A DNA stretch of 64,000 bases from Octopus sinensis. Its lineage: Eukaryota. Each line of letters starts with the position of its first letter. Within the stretch, counting starts at the first letter, position 1. Below are positions 13,106 to 27,296 of this stretch, one piece after another. A program made the position numbers and the translations under genes. The stretch is taken from the NCBI RefSeq assembly GCF_006345805.1, contig NC_042998.1, positions 35,712,001-35,776,000 of the forward strand, read 5' to 3'. Under the pieces are notes generated by a model, which did no database searches, had not been told where the DNA came from, and saw nothing but the letters and a program-made list of their open reading frames with translations.

Positions 13106-13430
13106 TATATATATATATATAAAACTGAGAATGTCTGTCTGTCTGACTGTCTATCTGTCTGTATGTGTGCATCACTAAAATTCAAGAACTACCCAACTGA
13201 TTTCATTCAAATTTTGCACATGCCTTACTTAGGGTCCATGTAGTGTCATGGGCCTCAAAAATGTTCAACTTTTTGCCTCATGTGAGTCTGGAGCAATCTC
13301 TTATCTCTTATACTATTTCAGTATTACATGTCAAAAGTGAAACAATAACATTTCTATTGTCAAGCGAGATAATAATTTCAGTTTTAATAGTTTCACTATT
13401 AATAGTTTCACTATTAATACTTCCACTATG
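13106..13430 (+). mobile_element. Non-autonomous Helitron-like element, degraded 3' end
   Basis: A|TCTATATATATATATAAAACTG start and (TCTG)n subterminal repeat resemble the Helitron copies at 24859, 40433 and 43401. Confidence 0.45.
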
Positions 13431-13544
13431 TATATAATATTTACATAGTGAAACTGTTATTAAAAGTGAAACTCACATATATACATGCATACATATATTT
13501 GTACATACATACACTTATACATACATACATATTCATATATACGT

Positions 13545-13622
<78 letters not shown>

Positions 13623-14081
13623 GTATATATGTATGCATGTATATATCTGTTTATACATCTCCACATAAATATGTATTTTACCACTTTATTCTACTGCTTT
13701 ATTCCTTATAAACTGTGAATTTTATTCCTTGTAAACTGTAAATTTTCCCTGTCTAAAATATTCATACCTTGTCTCTGATGATAGAATACCCAGTGTACAG
13801 ACATGCTAACCAACCAGTCAGGTTATCCCAGAAACAGCTGTAAGACTTCAAATTCACCTTACACTAATTAAATTATTCTTGAGATACTCATTCTGCTTTG
13901 GTTTTGATTTTTCCTCTAATATAATATATACATGCTGTAACGGAACCCTAACACAGATCCCTAGATCCAGCCTTAGCTATGATCTTGGAACCTAATGGTT
14001 GACCAACTATAGCACTTACCCAGCATGCCTCTTCGTTTAGATCACAAGTGAACTATACCCCTCGTATTCTTTATATATATA

Positions 14082-14941
14082 CAGGGTAAATTGTTGCCAT
14101 TTTATATTTGTAATTCTGCGCCTGCACATTGCTGGTTTTTGATTTTGTCAACTACACAGTATAGTAGGGTCAGTTGAGTACCATCTGTGAGAAAAACAGC
14201 ACCATGATGCAATTCACTCTGCTAGAAATTTGGAAACGGCATGCTGTACAGCTTAGCATTTGTGCTAGAAGCTCCAATACGAACATTTCAGTGTTTAGGT
14301 GTCAGTTTGAGGACATGTACAGAGAGTGATAAAAATCAACCATCTAGTCTAAATCATGGTGTTTAGGGTCATCGCTAGTGATGGTGATGTTATGCCTCCA
14401 TTCATCTTCCCACATGGCTTCACACTCGACACAGAGGTCTACATCAAGTGCCTGGAGGAGATAATGCTGCCTTGGGTCAAGAGGGAGCCTGCTGGAAGAC
14501 CCTATGTCTGGCTACAGGACTCTGCACCATGCCACACAAGCAGGAGAACTCAGTCATGGTTAACAGATAATTTCTGCAACCACATCACTCCTAGCATCTG
14601 GCCACCTAACTCTCAAGTCTGCAACCCCCTCGATTATTATGTGTGGGGTGTAGTTGAGCGAGAGACCAACAAAACTCCTTGTAACAACAAAGATGAACTG
14701 AAAGCAAGGATTATGGCAGCATTCACCAACAAACAAGGAGACCGTCCAGAAGAGCTGCAAAATATTCCGAAGTCATTTGGAGTTTGTGGTTGAAGCCAAT
14801 GGCGATTTTATTAAATAAATTTACTCTTTAGTGTTTCAAGATATTTTTATGTAATTTTGGTAAATATATCTGTTAGAATGAGATGTCAGTGTTATTTTCA
14901 TTTTTGCGTAATTTAGATAAAATTATATTCACCTCACCCTG
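14082..14941 (+). mobile_element. Internally deleted Tc1/mariner transposon of DD37D (maT) type
   Basis: TA|CAGGGT ... ACCCTG|TA termini. ORF 14356-14793 has QDSAPCH and NPLDYYVW with exactly 37 residues between the two Asp. Confidence 0.9.
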
Positions 14942-15849
14942 TATCTTGTATTAGTAATTTGTGGTAAATCATTTTACCTTTGCCCATATACTACAGTAAA
15001 TGAATTAATTGCATTGCAATCATTAACATTTATGTATTAACTTTGTTGGGTACTTCACTAGCAGTATATTGGATATATGTTATCCCATGGAGGGTTGCAT
15101 TTACAACCCCTATCTCAATTTGTATATATATATATATGATTCTCTCAGTGTTGTGTATTTAAACCAGCAATGGTTTATGTTTATTAAAGCAGATATAGCT
15201 GGTAGTATTCCTGATGATTTGGGATGAACATTACTCTAAACTAATTTAATTTCAATTAAATTTCATTAATTGTCTATCTTAATGGTGTAACTGTAGACTT
15301 AATTGTGCTTATTCTTAATGAAACAGCTGTTGAAAACAAACTGTGATTGATATATATGTGAAATTTATGTTTATCTACATTTCATTCTGCTTGAGTATGT
15401 GTATCTTTCTTTATATATGTGTGTGAATGTGTGTGTGTATGTGTTCATATATAAGATTGTATTTCGAGGACTGTTTTCACCCTCCTATCTACTAGACGTT
15501 TTCGATAGAAAATATAATTTACTTAGAATTTTGCAATGAAAAGATTTTTTGCCACACCCTATAAATTTTGACTTCTTTTTTGATACATACTAGTCTTATT
15601 CTAGAGTTTTAATTAATTTAGAAACGAAAAGTTTTATGGAAAAAAAAAAGAAGCCCCAAGAAAACATGTAGGAGGTCAGATAAATATATAGGGAATGAGG
15701 GACGAGAGAGAGAGAGAGAAAGAAAGGAAGAAAGACAGGGAGAGAAGACAGAGGGAGGGAGAAAGAATGGAAACAGGAAAGAGGGGTAAACTTATCTCTT
15801 ACTTTTCCTCCAGTAAAAAAAAAGTAAAATTGACTCCAAAATCTATGAC

Positions 15850-16256
15850 TATTAATAATATCGTGCGGATAACTCGGTTCACGATATTTATGATAGTAGC
15901 TTCCGCTTCGATATTTTATTTACCCGAACAACCGAAATGTTTTTTCGGTGAATTTCTTTATTTGCGTATTGCCTATTTGTGAAAAAGCTTCACTAAAAAC
16001 GCTTTACTACTGCCGCTGTGTCGATAACCCAATCCCCGCAAACACATTGATAGAAGCTTCCTCGTAAAATAGCTTATTTATTTGCTCGGGTGAATAGTAC
16101 ATTTCCTGCTATTCGTTCCGTCGCTGCTGCTAATACTACGACTCGAAGCTAAACCCCCGTCGAGTGACAGTTGCAGACGAAGCACTCTATTAAATGTACT
16201 GCAAATATCTGTCCTCATACTCTACTAGGAAATCCTAAATTACTTGAAAGGTAAGA
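15850..16256 (+). promoter_or_regulatory. Candidate promoter / non-coding first exon
   Basis: Unique sequence visibly richer in CpG than its flanks, ending in a consensus donor AAG|GTAAGA at 16250/16251; no downstream exon identified. Confidence 0.3.
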
Positions 16257-18900
16257 TTATACTAATACTAATAAATAGTCATTACTTTCTTTCAGCCTTA
16301 ATTCTTTCCTACTTCAATTTTCTCTCATCAAATTCGTGTCGTATTCATTCATTTCCATTTCAGCCGCTTTTCTCTCTAATCTCTTTGCGTGTATGTAATG
16401 AATATTATAATCTGCCTGTTTGTTTATATCTGTTTATCTGAATCGAATATATATAAACTTTTCTCTCGACACATACATTAAATGTCATTCCACGTATGAA
16501 TATTTAATAACCATGTTTCTTTCTCGTTCTATCAATATTTCAAAAATATGTACGTATTTCTTTTTAATGTGGGTATTTGTATATTTTGTTTGTAATCATT
16601 AACAAAAAAAAAAACAAAAAAACCCCATCAAACTTTCATATTAAATCTGAAGTTTAAAAACAAGTTTAAATTTAACACGAACAACCTTGAATATTTATCT
16701 GAATTATTGACAAATTGTGTGTCTTTAAGGATTTCCTCGTTTATTTTCGCTGCTGGTTAAATGAAGGAGTGAACACCACCCAGTCGCATTTTCCTTCATT
16801 TATGAATTTGAGGCGCTGAAAGGAATTCTATGGTTAGCAAACGAATTTACCCCTCTGTTTCGGTTTTAGCTTTGAACCAATTTAGTCATTTAACTAATAT
16901 ATACCCAAGAAGAATTTGGAAATGATAGGCATCATTTGTCAGTTCCTCTCTCCCTTAAAATTCCAGTCACCATCTCATTTCTATGTTCATATCTCAACCA
17001 CAAGCTACATTTAATCTCTTGTAGGGTCGATAGAAGTACCATCAATAATAAAGTGGTGAACAGCTTTTTGTGAATCTTATCTGAATAAAAATAAAATCAT
17101 CATGATTTATTCATTGCGAATAGGCGAAAGCTGGGTGGTCTTTAATTCTCGACAATAAAACTGTTTCGCCTCTATTTTTTTTTTTTCGTTAAAATCTTTT
17201 AGGATGTCATTAATTGCTTCTATTTTACTTTAATCCTCCATCTACCTTTACAACTCAGAGGATTTTACAGTATGCCATATACCTTCATGTACATGTGTAT
17301 GTGTGTATATGACACAAACACACACACATATAAATATGTATAGTGTATTTTTGTGTGTGTGTCTGTGTGTGTCCACGTACGTTGTAACACCATTATTAAA
17401 GTCCTGTCAGTCTCGCATCCCCAATTCGAACCCCTTTACATTTTCATCACTTTTATTTTTGCCGTTGATAAAAATAAGTTGTAAAAGAATGCCATTATAC
17501 CCGACCGACTCCTTTCCCCTCATAAAAGAGCGGATGTTGTACTTAATAACCCTCTCATCCAACAAAAAAACAATAGGGATGTAGCCCAGATTAGTATGAC
17601 TCAGTTGACACCTCAAGACATCGTTCTGCTTCAGTTTCGTCTGTTACTATTGCCCCTCCACTTCGTACCAGTTAGGGTTAGAAGAGATCAAATCTCTTTT
17701 AACCCTGTGGTTAGAAGAGATTAACCCCTGTCCATTGGTACCACTGACTTTCTACGCCCACACCTATCTTTGTTTTTATAAAAGTATTTTGTAGCACATT
17801 AGTATGCGGTACCCTCTTAAAATCCTTTTTGTAAATTGTCTTTTTAAAATTGTTGGTAAATAATAATAATAATTATAATATCTGATTTAGATTTAAGGTC
17901 AGTAAATGGAAGGGATTAGTCGATTTCATCGGCCATACTACCTACTTATTACTTTATTTGATCGATCCTGGTGGAACGAAAGGCAATGTTGACCTCGGCG
18001 GGACTCGAACTCAAAATGTCAACAGCCGGAAGAAATACGGCAAAGTACACCCCGCCCCCACTAACAAATAATAATAATAAGAAGAAATTGGGACCGCTAA
18101 AAGTCAATAGAGCACCTTTATTATATCCCTGAACGCTAGTGTCCGATCCATATGTTTATTATTCCAGTGTATATAATAATGCTCGTGAATATGTTATGAT
18201 TTTATCCTTGGAACGTCGCAACAATCTCCCTTAATCTGGTTGTGGTTTTTAAGCTTTTGTAGAAAAATATCTACAATTAAAAATCATGTTTTTTTTTTTT
18301 TTTCAGTTAAATTCTGTATGTGAAAACCTTGAGGTGATTTCAGAATGACAAATTGTCAACTGTTGCGATGTTGTGTATTTTTAATTGGTTATCTAAACAT
18401 GTCTCGTGTCTGTCTGTTGCTTATCTTTTATTTTCCCCTCCTATCATCAGTTTTTCGTTGACTATATTTATTGGTGATTAAAATAAAAAAAAAGACAAAT
18501 CACAATTCGATTATCTCACTTCACCCTTTGTTCAATCATATGGTCGTTGTCTACAGTTTGAATGAATGGTCGTCTTATCAGCTTCTAACCCTGCGTCCAC
18601 ATCCCGTCGGGGGGATTGTTGATTCGACTTTAATCATTGCTTTTCGATCGATTAAATCAGATACCGGCATTGAACTGGGTCAATATTGTTGAGTACAGCT
18701 CTTCCATTCAAATTTGCCGACTTATATATTTCAAATAGTGTAAGAAATTATTTAGAAATTACCGAGGACAATGTTTACAGAGATCGACTCAAAACGAAAG
18801 AAAGCCATTATTTATATATAATCGGAGTCGGTGCCGATGTAGGGTTTGGGTTATATCGAAACTTGTAACAATGTTTTTCGGTGGGGCTTTGGATAATTCA

Positions 18901-19143
18901 GGTACTACTTGAGAACAGTGGTCCCGGTGCGCGCACTCTCGCATCCGCGCTAGCTAGTCGTGACTAGTCGATCCTACAACGACTCCCTAGCAAAGTAAAT
19001 AAAACACAAAACAAATAATTTTTGCTAAACAAATTAAATAAAACACAAAAACACAAAGTAAGGATCGACTGGTCATGACTAGCTAGCGCGGATGCGCGAC
19101 TATGCGAGTGCGCGCACCGGGACCACTGTTCTCAAGTAGTACC
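18901..19143. mobile_element. MITE with 38-bp perfect TIRs and 9-bp TSD (Mutator or Merlin superfamily)
   Basis: GGTACTACTTGAGAACAGTGGTCCCGGTGCGCGCACTC at both ends in inverted orientation; GATAATTCA at 18892-18900 and 19144-19152. Confidence 0.9.
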
Positions 19144-19157
19144 GATAATTCATACAC

Positions 19158-19429
19158 GTCGATTTGTTTTCTCATAACTTTCTCAAATGCCTTTCACTTG
19201 GTGTAGAATACGATTATATCGGAATTTGATCTGTTTAAAAAAAAACATTTGGGGGTGAGGTTGAATAATTGACACACCTCGACTTCGTTTCCCTAGATGA
19301 AGTGCGCGAATTAACCGCCACCTTTTTTTCAAATCAACTTCCGATATAATCCTATTATACACGTATTTGTTGCACAAATTTTGTCTCAAAAATATCTATT
19401 TTTCAGTTAAGTTATGAGAAACCAGTCGG
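19158..19429. mobile_element. Possible second MITE
   Basis: Imperfect IR of about 22 bp, GTCGATTTGTTTTCTCATAACTT / AAGTTATGAGAAACCAGTCGG; no clear TSD. Confidence 0.3.
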
Positions 19430-21574
19430 TAGAGTTGCAGACATCTGTTATGCTCGAAACACTGTCGTAATTATTTGTTCTGAGTTCAAATCCAGTCACT
19501 CATCTCCTATACAAATTCGTGACCTTTCTGCCTGTGTAATAAATAAATCGGTATTATTACCCCTTGGCCAAATCATTAATTTACTGATTTAACGGTGCAG
19601 GGAATCTGCTGTTCCTCAGTTGTTAAAGGAATTTGCGCAGTATCCCTGATAAAGTCATTCCACCTCACGATGTAATGTCCTAGATCAGAGCGCTCTTTGC
19701 TATAGTAAAATTCTGTATAACCGAATTATTTCCGTTAGTCTCCTACAATGTTGAGTTTGAAAATTTGTATCTCATCAGCTGAGCTGGAACTTACGCCCGT
19801 CTCTGGAATTTGTTCAAATTCTGATAGTTGAATGCAGAACAGCTATCCGGGAGATCTTTGGCGATGTACCGTGCCTGTGAAGACTCGTCAAACCAAATGA
19901 AATCGTTCTCGTGCCGGTGGTCTGTGAAAAGCATCCATTTACACTCTTGGAGTGGTTGGTGTTAGAGAGGGCATCCAGCTGTAGAAACCATACCAAATCA
20001 GACTGGAACCTGGTGCAGTTCTCTGGCTTACTAGTTCCTGTCAAACCGTCAAACCCATGCTAGCATGGCAAGCAGACGTTCAATGATGATGATAACGATG
20101 GGTTTATGGAGAGGTACACAGGCTTGATATACTAGCCCTAATAGACCATCATTTTCCATAATGCTCTGACTTCTAACAGACCTCAGCTTGTGTGCATGTG
20201 CGTTTTATGGAGCACTATTGTTGTAGCACTTTGTCTTCTGTGGTGGGTCTTTTCCACCTCTGCAGCATCTCAGAACTTTGAACTGCAGTGCGTTCATTGA
20301 ATATGCTCTGTGAGAAAAGTAAGTCATCCATGGTCTCTTGTCTGTCTCACTTTACTGTGTACCATGTTGAAGTACATAAGTTGTTATAAGTTGCCCCTTA
20401 ACCACAAATTGGTTTTGATCACAGCAAAGGCATTCCAGCTTTGACATTTTTTTAAATGTTAGCACGCTGGGGAAGATGCTTGGTGGTATTTCATCTGTCT
20501 TTACATTCTGAGTTCAAATTCTGTGGAGGTCAACTTTGCCTTTCATCCTTTCGGAGTCAATAAATTAAGTATCAGTTGTGTATTTGGGTCAATCTAATCG
20601 ACTGTCCCCCTCTCCCAAAATTTCGGGCCTTGTACCTAGAGTAGAAAAGGATATTTTTCTTTTCTCCGGTTATATTGTGCTCTGGGCTACATTATTTAAT
20701 TTATCCTCTCCCCCTTTTTTTTTTGTTTTTTAGGGTGATTTGGTTGCTATTTATAGCAGATTGAGTGTCAGGTAGAGGCTACACCATTGACTTGTTCATA
20801 GAATTTTTGATGTTGGGGAACAACAAATGCATTTTAGATATAGTCCACAGGCTGTAGATATTATAACCCTGATCACAAGCTCGTGTTTGTCCTCATATCT
20901 ATTGATACATGTTGTTATCTTTCTACTATTTTAGGTTTGAGCAAAAAATAAACTGAAAAATTTGGGATTTTTGAAGAGAAGCCTGCTAAATATATTTTGC
21001 AAAAGCAATTCAGACAATATAAATCTGTAAAACTTCTGCTCAAAAGTGAAACACTTGGTTACACAGTTATTGTTGTTAGATATTGATGTGGGTGTTTTCT
21101 ATCTGAATGGCCAAATGTTCTATTATCACAGTATGTGAGCACACACACAGACTCACACACACACACACACCTGCTGGCTTTATCATTTTATCAAGTACTC
21201 AATTTTTTTTTTACTAAATTTAACATAAAAGGATTCCTTACACTGCAAGATGGTTGAATTCTTGATAGGGTGAATATATTCGATTGAATTGAATTTAGTA
21301 TTTCACAGGTGGTTAACTTTTCAAATTGAACCTTTAAGGTAATTAGATTTCCCCACAGCATCTCCATCACACTTAAGCTGCCTTTTTGATTGTGCACAAA
21401 GGTTCTATATTTAAAGAAAGCATTCACAGTGTTCAGCCTTTCCCCAGGAGTATATTGTCACTGTCAGTGAACATATGCCAGTTCAGATCTGAAAGCTATG
21501 TTCTTCATTTGATGGTTCATTAACTTGGGCTTTTAGAAATAATTGGAATAATGTTTCTGCTGGTATTTCCTTAA

Positions 21575-21795
21575 CCCTTTCGTTACTGTATTTATTTTGA
21601 GATGCTCTGTGTTTCTTTCAATTCCTTTAAATATAACAAAGAATTTAGTAAAATAATTTAGTTATCATTCAGCTAGTGTTAGGAGCATAAATTGTGACTA
21701 AGGTTTGGTGGAAGATTTTAATTTAAAACTTATGAAAACAAGACATTTGTACTACAGAACCAGAGCCAGTTTCAGGCAGGTTGGTATCAAAAGGG
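21575..21795. mobile_element. piggyBac-type MITE
   Basis: TTAA|CCCTTTCGTTAC ... ATCAAAAGGG|TTAA. Confidence 0.85.
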
Positions 21796-21826
21796 TTAAG
21801 AATTGTTTCTCTATTATATATTCTAA

Positions 21827-22046
21827 TCCTTTTGTTACCATATTTCTGTTGAGATGCTCTGTGTTTCTTTCAATTCTTTAAATATAACAAGAATTTAGTA
21901 AAATTACTTAGTTATCGTTAAGCTAGTGTTAGGAACATAAATTGCGACTAAGGTTTGGTGGACGATTTTAATTCAAAACTTATGGAAAACAAGACATTTG
22001 TACTACAGAGCCAGAGCCGGTTTCCGCGAGGTTGGTAATGAAAGGG
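21827..22046. mobile_element. piggyBac-type MITE, adjacent second copy
   Basis: Same interior as 21575-21795; ends GGTAATGAAAGGG|TTAA. Confidence 0.85.
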
Positions 22047-22926
22047 TTAAACAAACTACAGTACGCTGCAGATGGTGTCTGTTATGTTCTTCTCTCGTTG
22101 CATAAACATCTTGTACAGAACTTTGAAAGTGAGCATGCACAGAAAAAAAAAAGAGAAGAAAAAAAAGAAAAGCAATCAAGTATTGATTTACTTTCGATTT
22201 TGGGATACCTTTTAAGATACATCAATGACATTTTAACGATGTGCAAATTTCATCCTTGTTGCCAGCACTCTCTCTGTAAAAAGTGCAGACTGCGAGAGTA
22301 TGTGTTTAATCATTTTGGATAGAGTAAGCCTAGCTAGACAACTTGAAAGGTGATTATCAATTCTTTCCGTAAAGGGCAAATTTCACAGTTACATTAAGCT
22401 TGTCATCTCCAGAAATACAGCAGTTGAAATTTTTTACCACTATCAAGACTCCTCATCTTTCTGACCAGAACCAGTAAATCATAGTTTTGTCATAACTGCA
22501 ATCAGGATTTAAAATTTGCATTGATTCCATAGCTATGATCTTTATTTTTTCTTTTTTTCTCATCGAATTGAATTTGTAATTCTTGTTGCATTTGATAATT
22601 TTATAGGTTTGTGTGTGCATAAATTTAAAATCAAAGATGAGATATCTAGTTAATTTTCAATTTAAAAAGGCATTAAACAAGGTTGCATCTTCTCATCTCT
22701 GTTATTCAGTGTAGCTGTCAGTGCAATAAGGAATGTGAATAACGTATACAGTTTGGTTCAAATAGTTATGGCACCAATCTTAATGGTGCAATTTTTGCTG
22801 ACAAACAGGGTTCTTTAGAAATTTAAAACAAAATTTTTTTTTAAATGTATACCCTTGTTTAGTTTTAATATTGATGTTGATAAAATCAGTATACTTTAAA
22901 TGAATATACATTATTTACATATGACG

Positions 22927-23181
22927 GGCATATGGCGTAGTGGTTAAGAGCACGGGCTACTAATCCCAAGATTCCGAGTTCAATTCCAGGCAGTGACCTA
23001 AATAATAATATCGAAAAATACCTTAGGAATTATAACCCAGGTTTGAAATTTCCTCAAGACGCCTTATGAAGGCTGGAGGGTATATCAGCCGAAATTCTGT
23101 TTTAACAACAAACAAGATGAGGACAAATATCTGTCATGTTAATAATGTAAATAATTCCTCATCTCTTAAATCTAGAACTGT
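22927..23181 (+). mobile_element. Full-length monomer of the tRNA-headed hammerhead-tail SINE
   Basis: A-box TGGCGTAGTGG, B-box GAGTTCAATTCC, short (AAT)n, hammerhead-like block at 23056-23105, tail ...CTCTTAAATCTAGAACTGTA. Confidence 0.85.
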
Positions 23182-23634
23182 ATTATTTAAATGAATGGTA
23201 CATAGGTCAATGTCATGTGAGATGGGATGTAACTGGAACAAGATACCGTGGTTACTTTGTGTCATGTGGAGAAGATAAATTGTGGCATCATGAAATGTCA
23301 CAAAACTATCTTAGCATCCTTGCCCTTTGGCCCTATCTGTTTAAAAATGAGACATTCTGTCCATTCTAACCTGTATTTATCAATCATTTCTCCTGCCTGT
23401 TGTTTAACCTCAAGTAAGCTCTTGAACTGATAGGTATTCCTGCCCTAACCATCCTATCAATTTTTTCATGTTGAGTGTATCTAGGACAGTCGTTCTCTAC
23501 CTTGGCCCCAAGGGCCTCATTGTGGCCTTCGAAACTCTTCTTTCTATGAATGAATCTTTCTTTAGTTGATTTGTTTTACTTTTGGCGTAGCCCCTAACAA
23601 TATCTAGGTTTGGATCTGGCCCAGATATTAAAAA

Positions 23635-24050
23635 GGCGCAGGAGTGGCTGTGTGGTAAGTAGCTTGCTAACCAACCACATGGTTCCGGGTTCAGTCCCAC
23701 TGCATGGCATCTTGGGCAAGTGTCTTCTGCTATAGCCTTGGGCCGACCAAAGCCTTGTGAGTGGATTTGGTAGACGGAAACTGAAAGAAGCCTGTCGTAT
23801 ATATGTGTATATATATATATATATGTATGTGTGTGTATATGTTTGTGTGTCTGTGTTTGTCCCTCTAGCATTGCTTGACAACCAATGCTGGTGTGTTTAC
23901 GTCTTCGACACTTAGCGGTTCGGCAAAAGAGACCGATCGAATAAGTACTGGGCTTACAAAGAATAAGTCCTAGGGTTGATTTGCTCGACTAAAGACGGTG
24001 CTCCAGCATGGCCACAGTCAAAATGACTGAAACAAGTAAAAGAGTAAAAG
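23635..24050 (+). mobile_element. CORE-type SINE, full length
   Basis: GGCGCAGGAGTGGCTGTGTGG head, CTTGGGCAAGT core, AAGTAAAAGAGTAAAAG tail. Confidence 0.85.
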
Positions 24051-24140
24051 ATTAATCCTTAATCTAGGATATAGACTCACAATCCATATGGTACCCTATC
24101 TTCTAAGTTATTTCCCCCTTTCTTGATTACTGCTGTACTG

Positions 24141-24519
24141 GCATAAATGGCCCAGTGGTCAGGGCAGCAGACTCGCGGTCATAGGATCGCGGTTTCGATT
24201 CCCAGACCGGGTGTTGTGAGTGTTTATTGAGCGAAAACACCTAAAAGCTCTACGAGGCTCCGGCAGGGGATGGTGGCGGTCCCTGCTGTACTCTTTCACC
24301 ACAACTTTCTCTCACTCTTACTTCCTGTTTCTGTTGTACCTGTATTTCAAGGGGCCGGCCTTGTCACTCTCTGTGTCACGCTGAATATCCCCGAGAACTA
24401 CGTTAAGTGTGCAAGTGTCTGTGGAGTGCTCAGCCACTTACACGTTAATTTCACGAGCAGGCTGTTCCGTTGATTTGGATCAATCGGAACCCTCATCGTC
24501 GTAACCGATGGAGTGCTTC
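24141..24519 (+). mobile_element. Third tRNA-derived SINE family
   Basis: A-box TGGCCCAGTGG, B-box GGTTTCGATTCC; homologous copies at 26890, 29285, 49895 and 60985. Confidence 0.8.
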
Positions 24520-24858
24520 CTAACTGGCATAAAACCTTAGATGTAGATGCATAGGGAGGAGTGAAGGAGTTTTTGAAACAGTCTCTTTATAGGCACAAGC
24601 TCAATAGTAATGGTTTCAAATTTTGCCACCAGGGCAGCCATTTGGAGAGAGGGGGCAAGTTCATTACTTTGATCCCTGGTGCTTCACTGCTACTTAATTT
24701 ATCGACCCTGAAAGGATGAAAAGCAAAGTCGACCTCAGTGGGAATTGAATTCAGAACTTAAGGACAATTGAAATGCCACAAAGCATTTTGCTCAGTGTGC
24801 TAATGATTCTGCCAGCTCACTGCCTGGGAGAGTAATAAGACCTGGAAATATTATCTTA

Positions 24859-25253
24859 CTAGCAGTATCGCCTGGCGTTGCTCGGGTTTGTTTCAACCCT
24901 TTAGAATTGGTATTTTTGAAAAGTAAAAATTTTGCATTATGTAGCTTGTTATTCTCTTTAAGTGAACATTTTTCTGGTTGAAATACACCGAAAAATGGCA
25001 ACACAGCAGTCAAAAAATCGTAAAAAATAGGGATTTTCATAGGGAAAAAAAAGCACCTTTTTGATGTTAATAATTTTTGGTGTTAACATGGTCCAATTTG
25101 AAGTTTATCTTCTACGGAAGGAAGAGCAAGCCTTCTTCTATCATGCTTTCAATTTTGGTCAACTTGCGGTGCAGGGTCTCGGAGGAGATAGTGTTAGTTG
25201 AAGGCTACCAAACATGCCATACACAGACAACTTCAGCTTTATATATAGAGAGA
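24859..25253 (-). mobile_element. Non-autonomous Helitron
   Basis: On the minus strand: A|TC 5' end, CCCGAGCAACGCCAGG hairpin about 10 nt before CTAG|T 3' end. Confidence 0.8.
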
Positions 25254-26723
25254 TTTTTGCATTATGTAGCTTGTTATACTCTTTAAGTGAACATTTTTCT
25301 GGTTGAAATACACCGAAAAATGGCAACACAGCAGTAAAAAAATAGGGATTTTCATAGAAAAAATGTCGACACTCCTAAGCTAGTGTTGGAACATAAACTG
25401 TTCTTGCATAAAATCATGATGGAACTAATGTAAATAATGTATATAATTCCTCATCTCTTAAATATAGAACTGTAGATGACAATGTGGTTTTTAGTGATTC
25501 TCAGTTGGAATTAGATGATGTAATTTATCAATGAAGTAGAGCATTGTATTGGTAAGTTGAGCTTCTGCAGATATTTTGCATTGATCGAGTTTGGACTTTC
25601 TGCTACATGGAAGCATGGCACTATAAGCAGAGCAATTAATGCATTAGTACATTTGGGATATCCAACCCATGCCAGCATGGAAAGCGGACGTTAAACAACG
25701 ATGATGATGATGATGATATTAAGTCAGTCTGTACTTAACAGAAAACAACAAGACACCAACAATAAAAAAAATGAACGATTTAAAAAAAAAATTTTTTTTT
25801 ATTTAGTTTCAGCTCACAAGCTGTGGCCATGCTGGGGCACCGCCATTTGGTGTTGCTACATGATTTTACTTCACGAATGCTTTTTAGCAAATGCCATCTG
25901 GTGCATGAGAGATATTGTGTTTTATAGAAAAATTTCACTTTCTCGTTTTTGACAGGGTACATTGTGTGTGTGTGTGTGTGTGTGTGTGTTCATGCATGCA
26001 TGCATGAGTAGTCTTGGGTTATCTATGAGTGAAATTTGTGAAATATGCCCTGTCTATATGATAATCTTTATGTCTACGAATCACTGTATGAATGAATGAC
26101 ATATTTTGCTTTCCAGTCACATGGTTCCAAGTTCAATCCCAATGCATGACACCTACTATAGCTTTGGGCTGACCAAATTTGGTAGATGCAAGCTGAAAGA
26201 ATCCTGTCGTATAATCTATGTATGTGTGTCTTTGGGTTTTTGTCCTTCACTACTCCTTGACAACTGGTGTGGGTGTGTTTATGTCCCTGTGACTTAGTGG
26301 TTTGGCAAAAGAGATCGATAGAAAAAAAGTACTTTGGTTGATTCATTTGACTAATATTCTTCAAGGTGGTGTCCCAGCATGGCCACCACAATCTAAGTAA
26401 ATAATGGTGTGTGTGTGTGTGTGTGTGTGTAAATGCTTACAACCTACATAAAGCTATGGTTTCACCGACTTTACCATTTGCAGCTCGGCTACAAATGACG
26501 ATATCACTGGTTGTAGCTGAGCTGCATCCAGTGATGTTCATTGGCACTTCCTGTCAATAAATCATCTGCTAGCTTTGCATTTTTGAATTCCTCTGCAATA
26601 AAAAGAAAATCATTCCTTACTTGAAAAATAGATAACTGTTGGTGTTTGGAAAAGTATCTGACTACAAAAATCTTATCTAAGCTATATTAGTGTGGAAAAA
26701 CAAATGTTAAACACAACATATGA

Positions 26724-26842
<119 letters not shown>

Positions 26843-26889
26843 CAAAAAGATGTGCTGGAATACTATTCCACAGCCATACCAACAATCCG

Positions 26890-27175
26890 TGGAGGCGCAA
26901 TGGCCCAGTGGTTAGGGCAGCGGACTCGCGGCCGGAGGATTGCGGTTTCAATTCCCAGGCAGGCTATGTGTGTTTATTGAGCGAAAACACCTAAAGCTCC
27001 TCAAGGTTCCGGCAGTAGGTGGTGGCGACCCCTGTTGTACTCTTTCGCCCCAACTTTCTCTCACACTTTCTTCCTGTTTCTTGAGTAACCCTGCGATGGA
27101 TTGGCATCCCATCCAGCTGGGGGGAACACATACGTCACAGAAACCGGGCCCATGAGCCTGGCTAGGCTTGAAAAG
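26890..27175 (+). mobile_element. tRNA-derived SINE (24141 family head, alternative tail)
   Basis: GGAGGCGCAATGGCCCAGTGGTTAGGGCAGCGGACTCGCGG head. Confidence 0.75.
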
Positions 27176-27296
27176 GGCACATAAATAATAAAGATACCAA
27201 CAATCCAACATACCTCCATCATCTGCTGTCTCACAGATATCATTATGGTTTCGACACCTGTGCAGTACCATATCCATCCATCCATCCATCACACAA

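Noticed and set aside
22927-23000. tRNA-like sequences as real tRNA genes (also 1267, 26890, 61240 and others)
   Set aside because: They have A/B boxes but no proper acceptor stem, and they run straight into multi-copy SINE bodies.
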